Assembly: GCA_000091165.1 (NCBI GenBank)
Contig: FP565575.1
Location: 1 to 32,000, forward strand
DNA: 32,000 bases
From: Candidatus Methylomirabilis oxygeniifera
GTDB taxonomy: Bacteria; Methylomirabilota; Methylomirabilia; Methylomirabilales; Methylomirabilaceae
Reading direction: 5' to 3'
Below, piece by piece: positions 1 to 9,706 of this stretch; the first letter of the stretch is position 1, and every line of letters begins with the position of its first letter. Under the pieces are notes generated by a model. The model searched no databases and had not been told where the DNA came from. It worked only from the letters and a program-made list of their open reading frames with translations. Position numbers and translations under genes: made by a program.

Positions 1-10
1 CGGTGCGAAG

Positions 11-1369
11 GTGAATCTGACTAATTCACCCGTCAGGGCAGATGAGATATGGAAAGAAGCCCTCGCAACCATTCAGGGTAAGGTCGCACGCCAAAGTTTT
101 GACAATTGGTTTCGCCCCCTGGCCCTGGAGTCACTGGAAGGCTCATGCGTCACGGTCCGGCTTCCGAACCAATTCTTCAAGGAGTGGTTCGAAGACCATT
201 ATCTGGACGTTCTCAAATCGGTATTTACGGATCTGATGTTTACCAGCGTCAACGTGATTCTCCGTGTTGCGGAGCCGGTAGGGCAGGGCGAGCCCGATGT
301 GAGGCCGGAGCCTGCCGCCAGACGACCGGTCAAGCGATATCGGAACGAAGCGGCAATCCTCAATCCGAAGTATACCTTTGAGAATTTTGTTGTTGGTAGC
401 TCCAGTCAATTTGCCCACGCCGGCTGTCTGGCCGTGGCAGAGCAGCTTTCGAAAGCGTATAACCCGCTCTTTATCTATGGGGGTGTCGGCTTGGGGAAAA
501 CCCACCTGCTCCACGCCATCGGCCACCTGGTCCTCAAACGAAACGCCAGACTCAAGCTTTCCTATGTCTCATCTGAGAAGTTTACCAACGACCTAATTAA
601 TGCGATTCGGTTCGATTCCACTGGCGAGTTCCGTAATCGCTATCGCAGTCTGGACCTGCTGCTCATCGACGACATTCAGTTTATCGCGGGCAAAGAGCGG
701 ACCCAGGAGGAGTTCTTTCATACCTTCAATGAACTGTACGACTCCTCAAAACAGATTGTGATCTCCTCTGATAGCCTCCCACGCGAGATCCCCACGCTGG
801 AAGAGCGGTTACGCTCCAGGTTCGAGTGGGGCCTGATCGCCGACATTCAGCCGCCCGATCTCGAAACCAAGGCCGCCATCATTCGGAAGAAAGCGCAGGC
901 GGAGGGCGTGCGGCTTCCTGATGATGTCTCACTCTTTATCGCCAAGAACGTGCAGTCGAATATCCGGGAGTTGGAAGGCTCGCTGGTTCGCCTTGTTGCC
1001 TACGCCTCGATGACGGGGCGAGAGATTTCCTTGGAGCTCGCCCAGGAGACGCTGAAGGAGCTGAATGCCGAACGGGCCAAGGTCATCACGCTGACCGCCA
1101 TCCAGCAGACGGTCGCCGAGTTCTATCGCGTCAAGGTCGAGGACCTTAAATCCAAGGAGAGAAACTGGGGAGTGGTCCTGCCGCGCCAGGTAGCGATGTA
1201 CCTCAGTCGAACGCTGACCGCCTCGTCGCTGCCGGTGATCGGTGAGGCGTTCGGAGGCAAGGACCATACGACGGTGATCCACTCCTGCGACAAGATCAAG
1301 CGGAGACTCACCACTGATGAGGCCTTCCGGCGGCAAATCGAATCCCTCTCTCAAGCGATCACCTCATAA
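11..1369 (+). CDS. dnaA: Chromosomal replication initiator protein DnaA
   Basis: GTG-start 452-aa ORF. Contains Walker A GGVGLGKTHLLHAIG, Walker B LLLIDDIQF, sensor region SRFEWGLI, and the C-terminal DnaA-box-binding signature FGGKDHTTVIHSC. Confidence 0.98.
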   Translation: MNLTNSPVRADEIWKEALATIQGKVARQSFDNWFRPLALESLEGSCVTVRLPNQFFKEWFEDHYLDVLKSVFTDLMFTSVNVILRVAEPVGQGEPDVRPEPAARRPVKRYRNEAAILNPKYTFENFVVGSSSQFAHAGCLAVAEQLSKAYNPLFIYGGVGLGKTHLLHAIGHLVLKRNARLKLSYVSSEKFTNDLINAIRFDSTGEFRNRYRSLDLLLIDDIQFIAGKERTQEEFFHTFNELYDSSKQIVISSDSLPREIPTLEERLRSRFEWGLIADIQPPDLETKAAIIRKKAQAEGVRLPDDVSLFIAKNVQSNIRELEGSLVRLVAYASMTGREISLELAQETLKELNAERAKVITLTAIQQTVAEFYRVKVEDLKSKERNWGVVLPRQVAMYLSRTLTASSLPVIGEAFGGKDHTTVIHSCDKIKRRLTTDEAFRRQIESLSQAITS

Positions 1370-1539
1370 AGGAAAGGGGATAGGGTTGAGGGTGTAGGGT
1401 GCAGGGTAGCGAAGACAATCGGATGTAAGTTTTAACCCTGAACCCCGACCCCCCAACCCTTAACCCATCCCTCTCTCCCCTCCTACCCCGCCACTTCTCA
1501 ACTCTTGCCTGAAACGGACCGTTCACGTATGATTCGGCT

Positions 1540-2532
1540 ATGTTGACCCTTGTTACGGGTGGGACCGGCTTCGTCGGCGCCGCTGTTGTCCGACTGCTGC
1601 TCTCAGAGGGATATTCCGTCCGGGCGCTGGCCAGGCACGGGAGCGACCTTCGAAATCTTGATGGCCTTGATGTTGACCTGGCGTTTGGCGATCTCCTCGA
1701 TAAGGAATCGCTACGACAGGCCTGCAAGGGGTGTCGGCGACTCTATCACGTCGGGGCCCACTACTCGCTGTGGGAGCCCTCGCCGGAGGTCTTTTACCGA
1801 ATCAACGTAGACGGCACCAGAAACCTTTTGGAAGTCGCCATAGAGGAGGGGGTCGAGCGGGTTGTGTACACCAGCACCGTCGGCGCGCTGGGTTATCGGG
1901 AAGATGGCGGCCCCGCTAATGAGGAGACACCGGTCAGCCTTGATCAGATGATCGGCCACTACAAGCGGTCGAAGTTCCTGGCCGAAGAAGAGGCGCGAAA
2001 GGCTGCCCTCCGCGGGTTGCCGATCGTGATCGTCAACCCGAGCACGCCTGTCGGGCCACGCGACATCAAACCGACGCCGACGGGTCGGATTATCGTCGAT
2101 TTCCTGAACCGTCGAATGCCGGCCTATATCGACACCGGCCTCAATTTTATCGATGTGGATGATGTGGCCAAAGGTCACCTGCTTGCCGCCGAACGTGGCC
2201 GGGTTGGGGAGCGGTACATCCTTGGCCGGAGCAACTTGACACTGCAGAGACTCTTTGCGGTCCTGGGACAGATCGCAAAGCTCCCTCCACCAAGAGTCCG
2301 CCTGCCATACCGATTGATCGTGCCGCTGGCCTATGGGAACCACTGGCTGTCTAGTTTTACCAGGAAGCCGCCACGAATCCCATTGGAGGGGGTGAAGATG
2401 GCCAAGCGGCGGATGTTCTTCGACGCCTCAAAGGCCGTACGAGAACTGGGGCTGCCGCAGTCACCGATCGAGCGGGCGCTTGAGGAGGCGGTTCGCTGGT
2501 TCACCGATCATGGGTATGTGGCCAAACCCTAA
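1540..2532 (+). CDS. hpnA: NAD-dependent epimerase/dehydratase, hopanoid-associated sugar epimerase (HpnA)-like
   Basis: Rossmann motif TGGTGFVGAAVVRLLL, catalytic YxxxK (YKRSK), and HpnA-like segments YHVGAHYSLW and NPSTPVGPRDIKPTPTGRI. Confidence 0.8.
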   Translation: MLTLVTGGTGFVGAAVVRLLLSEGYSVRALARHGSDLRNLDGLDVDLAFGDLLDKESLRQACKGCRRLYHVGAHYSLWEPSPEVFYRINVDGTRNLLEVAIEEGVERVVYTSTVGALGYREDGGPANEETPVSLDQMIGHYKRSKFLAEEEARKAALRGLPIVIVNPSTPVGPRDIKPTPTGRIIVDFLNRRMPAYIDTGLNFIDVDDVAKGHLLAAERGRVGERYILGRSNLTLQRLFAVLGQIAKLPPPRVRLPYRLIVPLAYGNHWLSSFTRKPPRIPLEGVKMAKRRMFFDASKAVRELGLPQSPIERALEEAVRWFTDHGYVAKP

Positions 2533-2548
2533 CCCCTATACCCTGTTT

Positions 2549-3298
2549 TTAGAGCCTCTGCCACAGCCATTGCGGCGTGAGGCGAAGCGCGTAGGTCGAG
2601 AGGAGCGTAAAGTAGTTGGTGAGCAGGAGGCTACCGACAACGACCAGGAAGATCCCGCCGACGGCGCTGATAATCGGTACCAGATGTTTCAACTGGTCAA
2701 AATAGTTGAGAAAGCGATTGAGGGCGAGAGCGCTCAAGAAGAACGGGATGGCGAGGCCGAGCGAGTAGGCGCCAAGCATCAGGATCCCCATGTACGCAGT
2801 TTTAGCCGTACTCGCGTACAGCAGGATGGAACCCAGGATCGGGCCGACACAGGGGGTCCAGCCGGCGGCAAAGGTTACCCCCACGATAAATGCGCCCAGA
2901 TACCCGGCCGGCCGATCATGTAGCTCGACCCGGAAGGTTCGCGCAAGAAAGGGGAGCTTGAGGAAGCCGGCGATATAGAGGCCGAACAGAATCACCAGCA
3001 CACCCCCAACCTTCCTGAGAATCTGTTGATAGTCAAACAGGAGCCGGCCCAGCAGGCTGAAGGAGGCGCCCAACGACATGAAAACGACGGAAAAACCGAG
3101 GATGAAGCACAGGGCGTTCAGGATAATCGCCCGGCGTGTTTTGACATTGTCCACCGAGCCCGATAACTCGCCGAATGAGAGGCCGGTCACAAAGGAGAGG
3201 TAGGAAGGAAAGATCGGAAGCACGCACGGTGAAAGGAACGAGAAGATCCCCGCCCCCAGAGCCATCCAGATGGTCAATGCCTCGCCAGTTTCCAACAT
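2549..3298 (-). CDS. ccdA: Cytochrome c biogenesis protein CcdA-like transmembrane thiol transporter
   Basis: Polytopic membrane ORF with FLSPCVLPIFPSYLSF and FAAGWTPCVGPILGSIL cysteine motifs. Confidence 0.92.
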   Translation of the reverse strand: MLETGEALTIWMALGAGIFSFLSPCVLPIFPSYLSFVTGLSFGELSGSVDNVKTRRAIILNALCFILGFSVVFMSLGASFSLLGRLLFDYQQILRKVGGVLVILFGLYIAGFLKLPFLARTFRVELHDRPAGYLGAFIVGVTFAAGWTPCVGPILGSILLYASTAKTAYMGILMLGAYSLGLAIPFFLSALALNRFLNYFDQLKHLVPIISAVGGIFLVVVGSLLLTNYFTLLSTYALRLTPQWLWQRL

Positions 3299-3324
3299 CA
3301 GCAGCCTCTCGTCTTAGCCCTCCA

Positions 3325-4773
3325 TTACTCGGAGATCGCTGCCTTCGCCTGGTCGGCTACGACAACCAGCACGTAACCCTCCGGCCTAAGATGGGCGCGC
3401 GCGACTCGCAGGATATCCTCTTTGCTGACGCCTTCGATCAGCATCCGGTAGCGGTCTGCATAATCCAACCCCAGTTTATAGTACTCTACCGCTGAAATCA
3501 ACCCGGCCAGCTTTGCGTTCGTATCAAGTCGAAGAGGAAAGCTTCCGGTGAGGTGGGCCTTTGCATCGGCCAGTTCCTGGTCGGTCACCCCTTGCTCCCG
3601 GATTCGTCGAAGCTCCCGCACGACCTCCTGTACTGCCTGACCGGCAGTCTCATTCTTCGTTTGCAGCACCACCTGAAACGATCCCGGCTCCAGACCTGGG
3701 GAAAATTGGGAGCTGACATCATAGGCCCAGCCGTTCCTCTCGCGTATTCGCTCCACCAGGCGAGACGAAAATCCGCCTCCGCCAAGGATATAATTCATCA
3801 CCGTCAAGGCATAGAAATCCGGGTGATCGCGCCGGATTCCCTGATGACCGAGGACGATATTCGCCTGCGTGACACCCCGATCCACCTTTTTGACAACAAT
3901 CTTCTCCTGAAGCGGTTTTGGCTCCGTCGCCCGCTTGAGTCCTCCCTTGCCTTTCGGCCATGAGCCAAGCAGCGCTCGGAACTGGCCTGTGATCTCGCCT
4001 CGATCAACATCGCCCACGACGGTGATGAAGGTTCGTTCCGGGGTGTAGTGTTCGCGATAGAACCCTACAATCTCATCCCTGGCGATCGCAGAGAGAGATG
4101 CGTCGTTTCCCTCCAGTGGGCGTCCATATGGATGATTTCCAAAGACCAGTTCGTCGAACAGTTCCTCCGCTACCTCACCCGGATCCTCCTGCCGCTTCCG
4201 TAACGCCGCCTTGAGCTCCTGTACCTTTCTGGCGATCTCCGCCTTCTCAAAGGCCGGCTGCAGCAGGACGTCCGCCAGTAACGCCAGTCCCTGCGGTAGA
4301 TCCTTCTTCAACAATGTCAGATTTACTTCGCTGAAATCCCGACCCGCGGATGATGAGAGGGAGGCGCCGATAAAGTCTGTCGACTCATCGATCTGGGCGG
4401 CTGTCCGGGTCGTCGTGCCCCTCGTCAGCAGGAGAGCGGTCAGATTAGCCAGCCCTGGGCGCATCTCCGGCTCCCAGAGGGAGCCTGCCTGCATCGTCAC
4501 TTTGATGGTTACAATCGGGAGCGCCCGACTGCTCCTGACCAGCAGCGTGAGCCCGTTCTCCAGTACCTGCCGTTCGGCCAGCGGGGCCGCAGCCACGACG
4601 ACCGGCAGCAACAGGAGCAGCAGGAGGCTGAACGACAAACCCCACCGGTATCCGCGTCTCGCGCTGGTCATGATCCTTCGCACCTCAAAACAGGGTATAG
4701 GGTTTAGGGTATAGGGTTTAGGGTGAGGAATGGAACGAACCATATCCCTCGTGCCCCGCACCGGGCGCAGCAA
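3325..4773 (-). CDS. M16 family zinc peptidase-like protein (probably the non-catalytic partner)
   Basis: M16 family architecture (LARGE: GLTLLVRSSRALPIVTIKVTMQAGS, FVTGLxxxL region, RNGWAYDVSSQF). A canonical HxxEH was not seen. Lies in tandem with a second M16 gene. Confidence 0.88.
   Translation of the reverse strand: MLRPVRGTRDMVRSIPHPKPYTLNPIPCFEVRRIMTSARRGYRWGLSFSLLLLLLLPVVVAAAPLAERQVLENGLTLLVRSSRALPIVTIKVTMQAGSLWEPEMRPGLANLTALLLTRGTTTRTAAQIDESTDFIGASLSSSAGRDFSEVNLTLLKKDLPQGLALLADVLLQPAFEKAEIARKVQELKAALRKRQEDPGEVAEELFDELVFGNHPYGRPLEGNDASLSAIARDEIVGFYREHYTPERTFITVVGDVDRGEITGQFRALLGSWPKGKGGLKRATEPKPLQEKIVVKKVDRGVTQANIVLGHQGIRRDHPDFYALTVMNYILGGGGFSSRLVERIRERNGWAYDVSSQFSPGLEPGSFQVVLQTKNETAGQAVQEVVRELRRIREQGVTDQELADAKAHLTGSFPLRLDTNAKLAGLISAVEYYKLGLDYADRYRMLIEGVSKEDILRVARAHLRPEGYVLVVVADQAKAAISE
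4693..4724. repeat. Short intergenic tandem repeat (GGGTATAGGGTTTA)x2 plus partial copy
   Basis: 4693-4706 and 4707-4720 are identical, followed by GGGT. Confidence 0.85.
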
Positions 4774-4782
4774 GCAGCGCCC

Positions 4783-6147
4783 CTACTTCTTAATTTTTTC
4801 CGGAATCAGCACCGCAACGGTTCGGTTGTCCGGCGTCAGATAGGCTCTCGCAACCCGTTGCAGATCTGCTGCCGTCACGGCGCGGATGCCGGGGAGGTAC
4901 GCCTCCCACGTGCGCCAATTGGCTACGATCTCATACTCAGCCAGCACTCTAGCCAGATTGAATATCGAATCCTGCCCGAACAGGAAGTCGGCCTCAATCT
5001 GATTCTTCACTTTCTGCAACTCACGATCTGAGATCAGCTCGTTCTTTACCTGCTCGATCTCTGCCGTCAAAGCCCGTTCGATCTCTTCGGCCGTTTTGCC
5101 GGGCATCACGCTGGCGTACAGGGGGAAGAGGTTCGGGTCGACGCTCTCCCGGTCATACCCACCGCCGGCAAACAGCGCAAGCTGTTGCTCGTAGACCAGA
5201 CTCTTATAAATTCTGGCGCTTTTGCCGCCGGACAGGATATAGGCCAGCACCTCGAGCGCGAAGTTATCGGGATGTTTCAGATTCGGGACATGATACCCCA
5301 TAAATACAAACGGCAGTTCCGCTTCCTTTTTCAGGAGGACCCGTCGCTCGCCCCGCTGCTCCGGCTCGACGGAACGGACGGCCGGCGGGTCAGCAGCTCG
5401 CGGAATCGGGCCGAAGTACTGTCGGATCTTCGGAAGTAGGTCGCCGCTGTTGAAATCGCCGACCACGATCAGCACGGCATTATTCGGCACGTAATAGGTG
5501 TTGTAGTAGCGTACCAGATCCTCCCTAGTGATACGTTCGATGTCGGTCATCCAGCCGATGATAGGCTGTCGGTAGGGGTGCGCCTGAAACGCGGCAGCCC
5601 CCATAGCCTCCCTCAAGGCGGAAACGGGATCGTCTTCTGTTCTCAGACGGCGCTCTTCCATGACCACTTTCTTTTCTGCCTCTATCTCTTTCGAATCGAG
5701 CAGCAGACCTCGCATCCGATCGGCTTCGAGTTTCAGGGCCAGTTCGACCCGATCAGAGGCGAACGTCTCGAAGTACCCGGTGTAATCCTCGCTGGTGAAG
5801 GCGTTGTCGCGACCGCCGTTCTTTCTGATGATTCGCGAAAACTGCCCCGGCCCAACTTTCGAGGTTCCCTTGAACATCATGTGCTCCAACAGATGCGACA
5901 AGCCGGTCGTTCCCGGTTGCTCGTTGCGCCCACCAACCCTGTACCAGATGTGGACGGTGACGACAGGCGCCTTGTGCTCTTCGAGCAGGAGGATCTTCAG
6001 TCCGTTGTCGAGCGCCGACTCCGTCACTCTGGCCGTGACCTGCGCGTTCGCAACGCCTTGAGCCACGAGAACGCACAGAACTACCCAGGCTATCACCCAG
6101 CCCGGCCTTCGCAGACGCTGTATGTGCTGTCGTATCGCTGTTGTCAT
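4783..6147 (-). CDS. M16 family zinc metallopeptidase (catalytic)
   Basis: Catalytic HLLEHMMFKG (HxxEH) with flanking PGTTGLSH, and C-terminal M16 domain. Directly upstream of the other M16 gene on the same strand. Confidence 0.93.
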   Translation of the reverse strand: MTTAIRQHIQRLRRPGWVIAWVVLCVLVAQGVANAQVTARVTESALDNGLKILLLEEHKAPVVTVHIWYRVGGRNEQPGTTGLSHLLEHMMFKGTSKVGPGQFSRIIRKNGGRDNAFTSEDYTGYFETFASDRVELALKLEADRMRGLLLDSKEIEAEKKVVMEERRLRTEDDPVSALREAMGAAAFQAHPYRQPIIGWMTDIERITREDLVRYYNTYYVPNNAVLIVVGDFNSGDLLPKIRQYFGPIPRAADPPAVRSVEPEQRGERRVLLKKEAELPFVFMGYHVPNLKHPDNFALEVLAYILSGGKSARIYKSLVYEQQLALFAGGGYDRESVDPNLFPLYASVMPGKTAEEIERALTAEIEQVKNELISDRELQKVKNQIEADFLFGQDSIFNLARVLAEYEIVANWRTWEAYLPGIRAVTAADLQRVARAYLTPDNRTVAVLIPEKIKK

Positions 6148-6153
6148 GGCGTG

Positions 6154-6624
6154 CTAACGACTCACTCCTTCATATGTGACACGGACTGCCTGCCCCTCGC
6201 TGATGCCCATCTCCTGGGCATAGCCTGCCGGAACCTCCAACACAAGATCCGCGAGGTGACGGACAACAGCAGGCGTTTCGTGTGAGCGCGGCGGAGGAAT
6301 ATTCGCGTTAATGGTGGCGACTTTGCCCTCCCTGATCCACACAATGTCGATTGGAATCAACATCCCTTTCATCCAAAATGTCCGATGTTCCTCTGCATCA
6401 AAGGGAAAGAGCATTCCTTCACCTTTTGGCAGCGATGATCGGCCCGCGAGTCCTGTGGCCTGCTCGTGCCTGGTCCGTGCCACCTCAACAGTAATTTTTA
6501 TCCGGCCGTCGATGATCACTTCGCCTTTTTGCAGGGCGAAACCATCAGCGACCCAGAGCGTACATAACGCCAGCGGAAGCAGAAGATAGAATCCTAACAT
6601 CATCATAGCGCGAGCCATCATCAT
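6154..6624 (-). CDS. DUF192 domain-containing exported protein
   Basis: Signal-like N-terminus. DUF192 signatures TGLAGRSSLPKGEGMLFPF, FWMKGMLIPIDIVWI and VLEVPAGYAQEMGI. Confidence 0.85.
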   Translation of the reverse strand: MMMARAMMMLGFYLLLPLALCTLWVADGFALQKGEVIIDGRIKITVEVARTRHEQATGLAGRSSLPKGEGMLFPFDAEEHRTFWMKGMLIPIDIVWIREGKVATINANIPPPRSHETPAVVRHLADLVLEVPAGYAQEMGISEGQAVRVTYEGVSR

Positions 6625-7739
6625 TCCTCCGGTAACTCTCCCAGTCGAACCGATACGGTACGCGGCCGGCCATCCCTGAGAAGTTCGATCTTCACCTGGT
6701 CTCCCACCTTCCGTTCCGCATCCAGAAAGGCCGTCAGGTCGTCTATCGATGTCACCTTTCGGCTATCAACCGCAACGATGATATCTCCTCCTACACCCAC
6801 CAACATATTGCCGACCCGCGCCTTTCTTGTGCTTCCCCTGATACCGGCGCGTTCCACCGGTCCTTTGGGAGCAACCTGCATCACGACGATCCCTTCGCGG
6901 ACCGGAAGCTTCAGGGCGCCGGCGACCTCCGACGTGATGTCCAAACCGGCTATGCCCAGCCAGGGATGACTGACTCGCCCTTTAGCAATCAATTGGGGGA
7001 GCAGCCGTTTCGCCGTATTCACCGGAACGGCAAAACCGATCCCGACCGACCCGCCGCTCGGTGTATAGATGGCGCTGTTGATTCCGATCACTTCGCCCCG
7101 GGAGTTCAGCAACGGGCCGCCCGAATTGCCGGGGTTGATCGGCGCGTCGGTCTGGATCACGCCTCGAATCTGGCGTCCGCTCTCTGAGCGCAACGTCCGA
7201 CCCGTCGAACTGACGACGCCGCGCGTGACCGTTCGATCCAGACCGAACGGATTGCCGATGGCAATGGCCATCTGTCCGACCTGCAGGGCGTCGCTGTTGC
7301 CCATCTTCAAAGGAAACAGTTTGTCCTTTGACACAGAGATCTTGACTACCGCCAGATCGTTACTGGGATCCCGGCCGATCAATTTTGCCGGAACCTTGCT
7401 TTTGTCGGGCAGCGTGACCTCCAGGCTGTCAGCCTCTTCCACCACATGATTATTGGTTAAGATATATCCTCGGTCATCCACCACGAAACCCGAGCCGGCC
7501 CCTTTCTGGGGTACCGGATTGAAGAATACATCGTAGGCCAGAGCGGTGCTGGTGATGTGCACGACGCCTGGGCCGGCATGTTTATAAACCGATATGACGA
7601 TCTGCTCCTCCGGGCTGAAGCCAGGACCGTCCGCCTGAGTTTTTTCCGCCCAGGCATCAGTTCGGACGGTGAGGCACCCGACAGCCACGAGCGCAGCCAA
7701 CACTGTGCGCCGGACTGGAATGTGCCAGTTCTTAGACAA
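6621..7739 (-). CDS. Trypsin-like serine protease with PDZ domain (HtrA/DegP family)
   Basis: Catalytic Ser motif PGNSGGPLLN, LTNNHVV, and C-terminal PDZ. I prefer a TTG start at 7739 (LSKNWHIPVRRTVLAALVAV signal) because AAAGGAG lies just upstream. The supplied ORF begins at 7841. Confidence 0.9.
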   Translation of the reverse strand: MSKNWHIPVRRTVLAALVAVGCLTVRTDAWAEKTQADGPGFSPEEQIVISVYKHAGPGVVHITSTALAYDVFFNPVPQKGAGSGFVVDDRGYILTNNHVVEEADSLEVTLPDKSKVPAKLIGRDPSNDLAVVKISVSKDKLFPLKMGNSDALQVGQMAIAIGNPFGLDRTVTRGVVSSTGRTLRSESGRQIRGVIQTDAPINPGNSGGPLLNSRGEVIGINSAIYTPSGGSVGIGFAVPVNTAKRLLPQLIAKGRVSHPWLGIAGLDITSEVAGALKLPVREGIVVMQVAPKGPVERAGIRGSTRKARVGNMLVGVGGDIIVAVDSRKVTSIDDLTAFLDAERKVGDQVKIELLRDGRPRTVSVRLGELPEE

Positions 7740-7781
7740 GCGTATCGCTCCTTTAGTTGTGCGGGCACACCAAAAAGAAAA

Positions 7782-8075
7782 GTGGACCTTCCGTCCACCT
7801 CGATCACTGTAGAACACCAGCATAGGCTTGTCAACGTCCAAGGCTGGCGTGATGCCAGGAAGTTGGCGCGTTCCGGCCTCAAGCCGCAGGCGGAGCGCCT
7901 GCTCAACATCCTGGCGCGGAATCCCTATCAGAATCCCCCTCCGTTCGAGCGACTCGTTGGAGACCTTGCGGGCGCCCTATCTCGCAGGATCAGCATTCAA
8001 CACCGGCTCGTATACCAGGTGCTGGACAACATCAAGACTGTCAAGGTCATCCGTCTGTGGACTCGTTACGAATAA
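7782..8075 (+). CDS. Txe/YoeB-family toxin-like protein, atypical N-terminus, no visible antitoxin
   Basis: C-terminal ARNPYQNPPPFERLVGDLAGALSRRISIQHRLVYQVLDNIKTVKVIRLWTRYE matches the YoeB/Txe fold pattern. The GTG start is inferred. Confidence 0.72.
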   Translation: MDLPSTSITVEHQHRLVNVQGWRDARKLARSGLKPQAERLLNILARNPYQNPPPFERLVGDLAGALSRRISIQHRLVYQVLDNIKTVKVIRLWTRYE

Positions 8076-8301
8076 CTCCTCGTCGTTTGTCGGCAACGGC
8101 GGTGCGTGAAAAACATTGACAAGCCCCTGGAACGGCAAGAGAATTACGGCGACCCTTGGAGTTCAAAGGACGTCATAGCCCGACCGGGCTCATCGATAGT
8201 TGGGCATTGCGGAAACGGTATGAGCCGAGTTGCAGGCTTCACCCCGCTTGGCAATGTTTTTGAACACATTCATTTATTCAACACACACAAGAGGTGATCG
8301 T

Positions 8302-9630
8302 ATGCTGAATAAACACCTAAGTGTATTTATATTCACGTTGTTGTCTGTGTTGGTGTTTTCCGGGTGCGCACAGAACGCCGCATACCGCACCGACTATCAA
8401 TCTTGTGTGTACACTCAATCCGGTGATTGTGCTGATCATGCCATACAGCACCATGCACCGGGTCAGTCAGATGAATATTATCTGTCTTTCGTCGAGTTTG
8501 ATGACCAGGGTCAATTATGGGATCGGACACAATTACGCAAAGTGTTGGAGACTTATCAACCCATAGCCGGCATCCACGATGTGTTGCTCGTCGCGTTCAT
8601 CCACGGTTGGCATCACAATGCTGATCCTGAAGACGGCAATGTCAAAGAATTTCGTCGGCTGCTCACTAAACTGTCGCATGTTGAATCCAACGGCGGCACA
8701 GGACGTAAAGTACTGGGGGTGTACATCGGCTGGCGCGGAGAATCTATTACCATCCCGGTGATTAACGCCACGACTTTCTGGGATCGAAAAAACACGGCTC
8801 ATAAGGTGGGGCAACAAGGCGTGACAGAGGTCTTGCTGAAACTGGAAGAGATAGTCAACGTCAAAGCCGGTATGGACGCAGCAACAGCTCAACCGCTTAA
8901 AAGCCGTCTAGTGACCATTGGACACAGCTTTGGCGGTGCCGTACTGTATACGGCCTTACAGCAAATCCTTGAAGATCGTTTTATAGACAGTCGTCAGTAT
9001 AAAACATCTACCGGCGACGCAAATGGTATGGGCGATCTGGTGGTATTAATGAACCCGGCATTTGAAGCGCTGCGTTATGCGACACTGTACGATATTTCGC
9101 AGGACTATTGCCGCAGCTATCGTCTCGGTCAATTCGTTCAATTACCAAAACTGGCAATTCTCACTTCAGAAACTGACCGGGCTACCGGCTGGGCTTTCCC
9201 TGTAGGACGTTTTTTTTCAACTTTTTTTGAAACGCATACAACCCTTAACCGACATCGTTGCACGGATATCGGTAAAATAGACCCGATGAAAATTGCAGAA
9301 GGCGAAGCAGATCGGCATGCCGTCGGCCACTTTAGACCTTATCTTACGCACCGCCTCATTCCCGTAACAACCTCTGCAAAACGCGGTACGAATTTTAATT
9401 ATCGCGCCTTACAAAATCTCTGGTCACGGCAGGAGATATCCGGTTCATTTACATTTGAAAATACAAAACTGATGCACCTGGGGAAGACCGTACCCAATAA
9501 CCCTTATCTCAATATTCAGGTAGATCGGCATTTGATTGAGGGCCACAACGATATTTGGCATGATGATATTGTGAATTTCCTGCGTGATTTGATTATGATT
9601 TCAACCACTCCAGGGCAATTAGCGCAATAG
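8302..9630 (+). CDS. Predicted lipoprotein with alpha/beta hydrolase-like domain
   Basis: ATG preceded by GAGGTGAT. Lipobox-like LSVLVFSGC. Hydrolase nucleophile elbow VTIGHSFGGAV and AFIHGWHHNA. Confidence 0.78.
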   Translation: MLNKHLSVFIFTLLSVLVFSGCAQNAAYRTDYQSCVYTQSGDCADHAIQHHAPGQSDEYYLSFVEFDDQGQLWDRTQLRKVLETYQPIAGIHDVLLVAFIHGWHHNADPEDGNVKEFRRLLTKLSHVESNGGTGRKVLGVYIGWRGESITIPVINATTFWDRKNTAHKVGQQGVTEVLLKLEEIVNVKAGMDAATAQPLKSRLVTIGHSFGGAVLYTALQQILEDRFIDSRQYKTSTGDANGMGDLVVLMNPAFEALRYATLYDISQDYCRSYRLGQFVQLPKLAILTSETDRATGWAFPVGRFFSTFFETHTTLNRHRCTDIGKIDPMKIAEGEADRHAVGHFRPYLTHRLIPVTTSAKRGTNFNYRALQNLWSRQEISGSFTFENTKLMHLGKTVPNNPYLNIQVDRHLIEGHNDIWHDDIVNFLRDLIMISTTPGQLAQ

Positions 9631-9706
9631 GTTGTGAGCCAGGAAATCAATAAGGGGCAGTACGGAGAGGGCAGATCAACGACCGGTACCCGGTGTAGCG
9701 GTGGGA

